Shown here: positions 56,180 to 64,000 of the stretch, in pieces
Position numbering within the stretch: position 1 is the stretch's first letter
Layout of the letters: every line of letters begins with the position of its first letter
Origin: Eledone cirrhosa
Lineage: Eukaryota
Assembly: GCA_964016885.1 (NCBI GenBank)
Contig: CAXHJY010000542.1
Coordinates: 1 to 64,000 of the forward strand
Reading direction: 5' to 3'
DNA length: 64,000 nucleotides
Position numbers and translations under genes: made by a program
Notes under the pieces: model-generated
What the model was told of the DNA's origin: nothing
What the model saw: the letters and a program-made list of their open reading frames with translations, nothing else
The model's database searches: none

Positions 56180-56391
56180 GTTAGGATTGGTGCTCTGAAA
56201 TAGCGATGTATACATGAATGTATGTATAGTATATTGGGCAATATACTGTGTATTAAATTAAAAACATTTAGAAGACCATTCGCTATCAGTGTTAAAGTAG
56301 TGACTATGTCACTTACTTCTTTTCAGCGAAAACATACAGTATATTGCCAAATATACTATACATACATTCATATATATATATATATATATAT

Positions 56392-56605
56392 AACGGAGGA
56401 AATGTGGTAAGGAACCAGGTGGACCATAACGCTCCAAAGTACTCAATACTTAGGGTAGTAGAGTGGGTAATAGGAACGAGTAGGACCCCGACGGCTGAGC
56501 TCAAGCCGTTTCGACGGCTAATTCTGGACTAAATGAAAATTTTCATTTAGTCCAGAATTAGCCGTCGAAACGGCTTGAGCTCAGCCGTCGGGGTCCTACT
56601 CGTTC

Positions 56606-56607
<2 letters not shown>
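56392..56607 (-). mobile_element. family B fold-back element
   Basis: Perfect spacerless palindrome 56473-56606; (TA)n on both sides. Confidence 0.75.
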
Positions 56608-56657
<50 letters not shown>

Positions 56658-56873
56658 GGTTGTTTTCTGGCAGATTTTGACCTCAACAAGATTTGAACTC
56701 AGAACGCCATAAACCGGAATAAATATCGCCCTTTACAACTCTGCCAATTCCTTGTCTTAGATTACCGTTTTCCAACTTTAGAAACGAAACATTCTATTAT
56801 TTGTTCTCGAAAGGAAGTCTACGTCTTAGTCTCCTATTATAACTCAATTCACGCCTAAAGTACTTCATAGGAA

Positions 56874-57559
56874 CTAACAGAAAACCACCATTCGGGTGGT
56901 TTTCTATTAGCATGTGTAGAGTGCATATTGATATTATCTGCAAATATATAAGCATTTAGATATAATATGTCAAACAAAATCGTAATTGGGAATATGCACA
57001 GAAATTGAAGAGAGACTGTTACACTCTCTTATGTAATCAGTAAAGTAATCCGTGATACATAAAAAAAAAGACGATATTATATATAAACTGCATTATGAAC
57101 GTTTATATAAGAGATGTAATAAGTGTTATATAACGGACGCTAACCGGAAGTGTTGACATTTGAAAATTTTAAAGAAGTGAATTTTGAAATAAGTAATAAA
57201 ATTATTTATATTTAATCAAGAGTTACGAAATTTAGTACATAAATTGTGTAATATTCATTCATTAATTATTCAAATACTGAATGGCGGCGAATTGGCAGAG
57301 TCGTTAGAACGTGGGATAGAATGCTTTATGGTATTCATTCCATCTCTCTGCTCCCAGTTCAAATCCCGCCGAGGTCAACTTTGCCTTTCATCCTTACGGA
57401 GTCGATAAAATAAAGTACCAGTAATGCACTGGGACAATTGCTGGCCTTGTGCCAAAAGTAGAAACAATTATTTATTCAAAGTAATCCAACTTATTTTACA
57501 AACGGGATAAAAAGATATATTCAGGGCGCAGTCCCGCACTTCTTTCTTTATTATATTGA
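56874..57559 (-). mobile_element. non-autonomous Helitron copy interrupted by a SINE (57282-57470, +)
   Basis: Homologous to 1725-2206; TC start, hairpin plus TTAG|T end; ttattcaaa repeated around the SINE. Confidence 0.65.
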
Positions 57560-57987
57560 CGCCAGTATTAAGTCGACGCCAGTACTTGACTGGTACTTTT
57601 CTCTATCGTGTAATGAATATATTTGTATCTATGTGTGTACGTATGTAGGTATAGGTATAAGGTATGGGTGTGTGTACGTAAGTAGGTATATATTGTGTGT
57701 GGTCTTTATTTTTTTATTTATTTTCTTTCATTGCTAAAATCTGGCTTTAACATTTGTATCGACTTATTTGTAAGTTTGAAAGCTAAACGCGACATCATCA
57801 TCAACAACAACAACAACAACAATGACAGGAAAACAAACAAACTAAAACAAGCTAAAAAAAAAGACAACAAAACAAACAAAAAAATACAAAATTAATTAGG
57901 AAACACATGATATACATACTTCTAATTGTAATTAACCCATGCCCTTCCAATTAAACAAAAACAATATATATATATATATATATATAC

Positions 57988-58091
<104 letters not shown>

Positions 58092-58427
58092 CAATTATAT
58101 ATATAATTGTATTCGTTAAATTTAGTTTATTTCAAATGTTCGGTACTGGAAATATCATTAACTTTTCTATTCAATGTCATTATCAATTAATCAACTACGT
58201 GAAAACACATCTTTTTCTGAGTTTCCTGTTGTTTTGTCATCGTTTGTTGGTAGATTGGTTGAATCGGTAGAGCGCTGACAAAAGGATTTGCGCTATTTTG
58301 TTTTCTATTCTATGTCATTAATATAGTTAATTAGTTAACTACGTGAAAACACACGTGTTAGTGGGAAATAAACTAAATGTACATTCACATCGTTTTCCTC
58401 TTATTTTGTTCTCATTGGGTAATAGAT

Positions 58428-60685
58428 TGGCAGAATCGGTAGAGTGTTGGACAGAAGGTTTTGTGCTAGAATAGGTAGAGTGTCTGACAGAAGGTTTTGT
58501 GACAGAATCAGAGGAGTGTCTGACAAAAGGCTTTGTGGCAGAATTGGTAGAGCGTTGTACAGAAGGTTTTGTGGCAGAATTGGTAGAGTGTTTGACAGAA
58601 GGTTTTGTGACAGAATCGGTAGAGTGTCTGACAGAAGGTTTTGTGGCAGAATTGGTAGAGCGTTGAACAGAAGGTTTTGTGGCAGAATTGGTAGAGTGTC
58701 TGACAGAAGTTTTTGTGGCAGAATCGGTAGAGTGTCTTACAGAAGGTTTTGTGGCAGAATTGGTAGAGTGTTTGACAGAAGGTTTTGTGACAGAATCGGT
58801 AGAGTGTCTGACAGAAGGTTTTGTGGCAGAATCGGTAGAGTGTCTTACAGAAGGTTTTGTGGCAGAATTGGTAGAGCGTTGAACAGAAGGTTTTGTGGCA
58901 GAATTGGTAGAGTGTCTGACAGAAGGTTTTGTGGCAGAATCGGTAGAGTGTCTGACAGAGGGTTTTGTGGTAGAATTGGTAGAGTGTTTGACAGAAGGTT
59001 TTGTGGCAGAATTGGTAGAGTGTTTGACAGAAGGTTTTGTGACAGAATCGGTAGAGTGTCTGACAGAGGGTTTTGTGGCAGAATCGGTAGAGTGTCTTAC
59101 AGAAGGTTTTGTGGCAGAATTGGTAGAGTGTCTGACAGAGGGTTTTGTGGCAGAATCGGTAGAGTGTCTTACAGAAGGTTTTGTGGCAGAATTGGTAGAG
59201 TGTCTGACAGAGGGTTTTGTGGCAGAATCGGTAGAGTGTCTGACAGAAGGTTTTGTGGCAGAATCGGTAGAGTGTCTGACAGAGGGTTTTGTGGCAGAAT
59301 CGGTAGAGTGTTTGACAGAAGGTTTTGTGGCAGAATCGGTAGAGTGTTTGACAGAAGGTTTTGTGGCAGAATCGGTAGAGTGTTTGACAGAAGGTTTTGT
59401 GGCAGAATCGGTAGAGTGTTTGACAGAAAGTTTTGTGGCAGAATCGGTAGAGTGTTTGACAGAAGGTTTTGTGGCAGAATCGGTAGAGTGTTTGACAGAA
59501 GGTTTTGTGGCAGAATCGGTAGAGTGTTTGACAGAAGGTTTTGTGGCAGAATCGGTAGAGTGTCTTACAGAAGGTTTTGTGGCAGAATTGGTAGAGTGTT
59601 TGACAGAAGGTTTTGTGACAGAATCGGTAGAGTGTCTGACAGAGGGTTTTGTGGCAGAATCGGTAGAGTGTCTTACAGAAGGTTTTGTGGCAGAATTGGT
59701 AGAGTGTCTGACAGAGGGTTTTGTGGCAGAATCGGTAGAGTGTCTGACAGAAGGTTTTGTGGCAGAATCGGTAGAGTGTTTGACAGAAGGTTTTGTGGCA
59801 GAATCGGTAGAGTGTTTGACAGAAGGTTTTGTGGCAGAATCGGTAGAGTGTTTGACAGAAGGTTTTGTGGCAGAATCGGTAGAGTGTTTGACAGAAGGTT
59901 TTGTGACAGAATCGGTAGAGTGTCTGACAGAAGGTTTTGTGGCAGAATCGGTAGAGTGTCTGACAGAAGGTTTTGTGGCAGAATCGGTAGAGTGTCTGAC
60001 AGAAGGTTTTGTGGCAGAATCGGTAGAGTGTCTGACAGAAGGTTTTGTGACAGAATCGGTAGAGTGTCTGACAGAAGGTTTTGTGGCAGAATCGGTAGAG
60101 TGTCTGACAGAAGGTTTTGTGGCAGAATCGGTAGAGTGTCTGACAGAGGGTTTTGTGGCAGAATCGGTAGAGTGTCTGACAGAAGGTTTTGTGGCAGAAT
60201 CGGTAGAGTGTTTGACAGAAGGTTTTGTGACAGAATCGGTAGAGTGTCTGACAGAAGGTTTTGTGGCAGAATCGGTAGAGTGTCTGACAGAAGGTTTTGT
60301 GGCAGAATCGGTAGAGTGTCTGACAGAGGGTTTTGTGGCAGAATCGGTAGAGTGTCTTACAGAAGGTTTTGTGACAGAATCGGTAGAGTGTTTGACAGAA
60401 GGTTTTGTGACAGAATCGGTAGAGTGTCTGACAGAAGGTTTTGTGGCAGAATCGGTAGAGTGTCTGACAGAAGGTTTTGTGGTAGAATTGGTAGAGTGTC
60501 TGACAAAAGGTTTTGTGGCAGAATTGGTAGAGTGTTTGACAGAAGGTTTTGTGACAGAATCAGTAGAGTCTCTTACAGAAGGTTTTGTGACAGAATCGGT
60601 AGAGTGTCTGACAGAGGGTTTTGTGGTAGAATTGGTAGAGTGTCTGACAAAAGGTTTTGTGACAGAATCGGTGGAGCGTCTGACA
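58428..60685. repeat. 36-bp minisatellite (~62 copies) derived from the SINE head
   Basis: Unit GGCAGAATCGGTAGAGTGTCTGACAGAAGGTTTTGT. Confidence 0.95.
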
Positions 60686-60714
60686 ATTCGTCGCCTACAG
60701 TCACCGTGTAAACC

Positions 60715-61312
60715 GAGTCCAATATACGAGATATACAAGATATACGTACACCTGGTAGACAAAACACTTGTCCGTGTCCAATACACGAGATATACAAGAT
60801 ATACGTACACCTGGTAGACAAAGCTCTTGTCCGTATCCAATACACGAGATATACGGGATGTTAGCACACCTGGTAGACAAACTCTTGTCCGCGTCCAATA
60901 CACGAGATATACGGGATGTTAGCACACCTGGTAGAAAAAGCTCTTGTCCGTGTCCAATACATGAGATATACGAGATGTTAGCACACCTGGTAGACAAACT
61001 CTTGTCCACGTCCAATACACGAGATATACGAGATGTTAGCACACCTGGTAGACAAAGCTCTTGTCCGTGTCCAATACACGAGATATACGGGATGTTAGCA
61101 CACCTGGTAGACAAAACTCTTGTCCGTGTCCAATACACGAGGTATACAAGATGTTAGCACACCTGGTAGACAAAACTCTTGTCCGTGTCCAATACACGAG
61201 GTATGCAAGATGTTAGCACACCTGGTAGACAAAGCTCTTGTCCATGTCCAATACACGAGGTATACAAGATGTTAGCACACCTGGTAGACAAAGCTCTTGT
61301 CCATGTCCAATA
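60715..61312. repeat. ~59-bp minisatellite, ~10 copies
   Basis: gtccaatacacgagatatacgggatgttagcacacctggtagacaaaactcttgtccgt. Confidence 0.9.
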
Positions 61313-61375
61313 GCCTTTGGCTTTTTAAGAAGCTGTTCTTATTAATGGTACCAATAGTAAAGTTTCTATTGAAAT

Positions 61376-61785
61376 AATTGTTTCTACGTTAGACACAAGG
61401 CCAGCAAATACCCAGTGCATTACTGGTACTTTATTTTATCGACCCCGTAAGGATGAAAGGCAAAGTTAACCTTGGCGGGATTTGAACTCAGAATGGCAAG
61501 GGCCGTAACTCTATACGTCAAAGCATGGCGTCCGACCCTCTACCGATACTGCCAATCCACCGCAGTGGTTTCTTATATAGGCACAAGCCTGCAATTTTTT
61601 TTTTTTTGCGGGGGAAAGTCGATTAAATCGACTCCAGTGCGTGACTGGTACTTTATTTTATCGACCGCGTAAGGATGAAAGGCAAAGTTAACCTCGGCGG
61701 GATTTGAACTCAGATCATAAAGGGCCGTAACTCTATGCTACAAAGCATCGCGTCCGAACCTCTACCGATACTGCCAATCTACCGC
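61376..61785 (-). mobile_element. two tandem SINE family 2 copies
   Basis: Two accgatactgccaatc heads. Confidence 0.8.
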
Positions 61786-61987
61786 CCTTTTCTATTTAAG
61801 GAGACTATGAGATATCTGAAAACGGATTAAAAGAAATGGTAATTGAAATCAAATAGAAATTTCTGGAAGTATTCCATAGAGGATACATTTCCATCGATTT
61901 CACTCTTTGAATTCTTGTGACGCCTGCTTTAGCAATGTTAAGCGGCGAACCGAAACTTACACTTGAGATCAATATCTCAGTGACTAT

Positions 61988-62270
61988 TGGCGGCAAATTG
62001 GCAGAGTCGTTAGAAGGTAGAATGCTTTGAGGTGTTCGTTCCAGTCCTCTGCACTCTGAGGTCAAATCCCACCGAGGTCAATGAATAAAGTACCAGCTCA
62101 GTACTGAGGTCGATTCTTCCTCTATATCACTCTATCTCTCTATCTCCTTATCTGGAAGAAATCGGCTAAGTTCTGATGTAGAGAGAGGATGGTCTCCGTC
62201 AGGTTTAAAATGCCCATGACACACACCGTATGTCACTATGGTGACCCCACGACTCCATCAGGAGTTAGGG
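61988..62270 (+). mobile_element. SINE family 2 with internal deletion
   Basis: ggcggcaaattggcagagtcgttag head. Confidence 0.7.
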
Positions 62271-62849
62271 TCTCTATATACATCCCAGGTACGATATTTC
62301 ACCCATTTGAGCAATGCGCCGGAATGTAGGCGCCAAGTAACGTCATAGGTAAAGTCTAAGTAAACATGGATCACAACCTAGTGTCTCTTTTACTTCAGTT
62401 GAGCTTCGAGGTCCCTTAAAAAAAGTATAGTACTAGGGTAGATTCTTCCTTTATGTCCCTTTCTCACATCCTTTCTCTCTCTCTCACTCTCTATCCTTTT
62501 CTGGAAGAAATCCGCTATGCTTTAAAATGACCAAGAAACGCCGTATGTCAATACAGTTCCCCAAGACACCATGAGGAGCGACGGGACCATACCATACCAT
62601 AACATAACATATACTTATAAGTACACCAAGAAAATGTTGTCCCCGACATCAACAATCCTTCGACTGTACCTTCATTTTCGTATGGAATTCTAATTCCTGT
62701 TTTAAAATTGTCCGTGCATGTTACCAATATCGCCAAACATGCTATACCAAAATACTCACTCGGTAAAATATATGTCTGGATGTCGAAAGTCGACAGTCGA
62801 TCGACAAGATGCCAGACCCTCATTCGCTTAACGAGTTGGGAGGAGCACG

Positions 62850-63048
62850 TTCAAATCGGACCGAGGAAACAATGTTTCCATTGGTATTTCCAATTGCTAA
62901 TACTATCTGTCGGTCGCAAATCCAGGTAGAAGGAGCAACGTGACATAAAGTGCTTTTCTCAAGGACATAACGCATCGCCCGGTCCGGGAATCGAACTCAC
63001 AACCTCACGATTGCGAATCCAATTCTGTAACTACTCAGTCACGTTCCT
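62850..63048 (-). mobile_element. SINE family 1
   Basis: Matches 6330-6528. Confidence 0.8.
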
Positions 63049-63474
63049 GTATGCGTGTTGTTATTATTGACGAAAGCGTCGCTAAAATTATTCTCATTGC
63101 TATAAAATTCTTCAAAAAAATTCACCTTCGCCTTTCTTCAAAGTCTGTGGGTTCTGATGCAAAATGTTTCTTCATTATATCTTTTATTCCATTTTTTGTT
63201 TATTTCTCTTGTGTAAATGTATTTCGTGCAAGTTTTTTCCCTTTACGAGGTTGTTGCCTTCATCTCCGGCCGCCCGCCATTTTGAATGTAACCGCTACAA
63301 AACAAAACTATTTTAAAATGCCATTTTCTCTATAAACGTGGGGAGGGGGGGGATTACTGCAAGCCATTAACTAATTACTTTTCTATGCTGAAATTCTGCA
63401 TTAAATAAAACACTTTTCCAGTTAATTTCCTCGGAATAAACACATACAGAGACAGCAAACATAATTGTGATAAT

Positions 63475-63980
63475 AATGGTTTCTGATTTAGGCGCAAAGC
63501 CAACAATTCAGGAGGAGGGGAAAGTCGATTAAATCAACACCAGTGCATTACTGGTACTTTATTTTATCGACCTCGTATGGATGAAAGGTAAAGCTGACCA
63601 TGGCAGAATTTGAACTCAAAATGTAAAGGGACGTGACACTATTCCACTAACTTTGTTGTCCAACTCTCTACCGATACTACCAATCCACTGCCATAGAGTA
63701 ATAATAATAATAATAATAATAATTTTGTTTCTACTTTAGGCACAAGGCCAGCAATTACCCAGTACATTACTGGTACTTTATTTTATCGACCCCCGTAAGG
63801 ATGAAAGGCAAAGTTAACCTCGGCGGGATTTGAACTCAGACTGTAAAGGGACGTAACTATGCTAGAAAACATGGCGTCCAACCCTCTACCGATACTGCCA
63901 ATAATAATAATAATAATAATAATGGTTTCGGATTTAGGCACAAGGCCAACAATTTAGGGAGAGAGGAAAGTCGAAAGTTC
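63475..63980 (-). mobile_element. tandem SINE family 2 copies separated by (AAT)n
   Basis: Repeated bodies and heads. Confidence 0.75.
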
Positions 63981-64000
63981 CACTCCATTTGGAGTTTATT

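Noticed and set aside
58339-60903. Three long overlapping ORFs
   Set aside because: Consequence of a 36-bp tandem unit derived from a SINE head.

Overview
AT-rich, microsatellite-saturated eukaryotic (metazoan) DNA. The SINE families and repeat landscape look like an octopus/cephalopod genome (inference). Almost all ORFs in the track are simple-repeat artefacts. One convincing host exon (51884-51966, +) encodes a peptide resembling RGK (Rem/Rad/Gem) small GTPases, so much of the window is probably intron. Recognisable mobile DNA includes: a Penelope-like element with an open C-terminal GIY-YIG endonuclease; RTE, R4/Dong-like (restriction-like endonuclease) and Tx1/L1-like LINE fragments; many tRNA-derived SINEs; two copies of a non-autonomous Helitron; pogo-type MITEs; and several minisatellites, two apparently born from SINE pieces. 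The main hidden signal is about 15 type I hammerhead ribozyme (HHR) motifs, intact, variant or decayed, from several unrelated sequence families. Nearly all lie in short non-coding elements whose 3' tail runs into (TA)n, and many form fold-back palindromes. One HHR has a three-way-junction insertion in stem II, and others have non-canonical cores (U3-A8, GCAA). All folds were identified by eye and none has been tested for activity.
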